Under the pieces are notes generated by a model that did not search any database, was not told the DNA's origin, and saw only the letters and a program-made list of their open reading frames with translations. A stretch of 64,000 nt of DNA from positions 15,804 through 79,803 of the IMG/VR virus record IMGVR_UViG_3300021960_006627, one strand, 5' to 3'. Position numbers and translations under genes: made by a program. Numbering within the stretch: position 1 is the stretch's first letter; each line of letters begins with the position of its first letter. Below are positions 63,737-64,000 of the stretch, in pieces. Source of the stretch: a virus.

Positions 63737-64000
63737 TTATTCTCCTTGTAATCTGTCGTTGACTATTGACCAGTTTATAATTTGCCATATTGAATTTAGA
63801 TACTTGTCCTTGGTAGTATCAAGCAAATACGAGTGTTCCCACATGTCTATCGGCAGTGCAATTTTCATTGCCTGCTTGAAACCTTGATTGGGTATGAGCC
63901 CAATCTTTCCCTTGACATCCATGTAACACCAACCGCTACCTTGCAGTTCTTTTGCTTTGGCTATGAATTCTTCCTTGAATTTTTCGTATGATCCGAACTT
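63737..64000 (-). CDS. sod: Fe/Mn superoxide dismutase, C-terminal part (5'-truncated by the window)
   Basis: FGSYEKFKEEF..QGSGW, IDMWEHSY, INW. Confidence 0.88.
   Translation of the reverse strand, partial: KFGSYEKFKEEFIAKAKELQGSGWCYMDVKGKIGLIPNQGFKQAMKIALPIDMWEHSYLLDTTKDKYLNSIWQIINWSIVNDRLQGE

Noticed and set aside
1-64000. Cellular or eukaryotic origin, or an alternative genetic code
   Set aside because: Host-like genes are interleaved with phage replication, lysis and fibre genes; standard-code ORFs tile the window and all three stop codons are used

Overview
Segment of a large, AT-rich, T4-like/jumbo tailed phage genome. Evidence: family B DNA polymerase, sliding clamp, clamp loader, T4-type RNase H, lysis cassette, gp9/gp10-type baseplate/fibre proteins, and recurring TAAATA late-promoter motifs alongside consensus sigma70 promoters. 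Layout: 1-10195 (+) glycan-modification island (glycosyltransferases, two twitch-domain radical SAMs, SGNH-like hydrolase, NDP-sugar dehydrogenase). 10238-29199 (-) replication and nucleotide genes, including a 7-deazaguanine DNA-modification cluster (TGT/DpdA-like, DpdL/QueD-like, FolE, QueE) with an embedded GT-B glycosyltransferase resembling queuosine mannosyltransferase and an MBD4-like glycosylase. 29289-34629 (-) cluster of putative capsid-internal proteins with capsid-targeting-like N-termini and Glu-delimited basic peptide modules. 35701-48822 ClpA/PDF/DnaJ, lysis genes, PhoH, Fe-S genes, clamp loader, MazG, GroES and a stand-alone DnaE fragment. 49048-62706 baseplate/tail fibre genes, then IscA and a partial superoxide dismutase. 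No tRNA, rRNA, CRISPR array or transposase was recognised. All family assignments come from motif recognition by eye, not from database searches.
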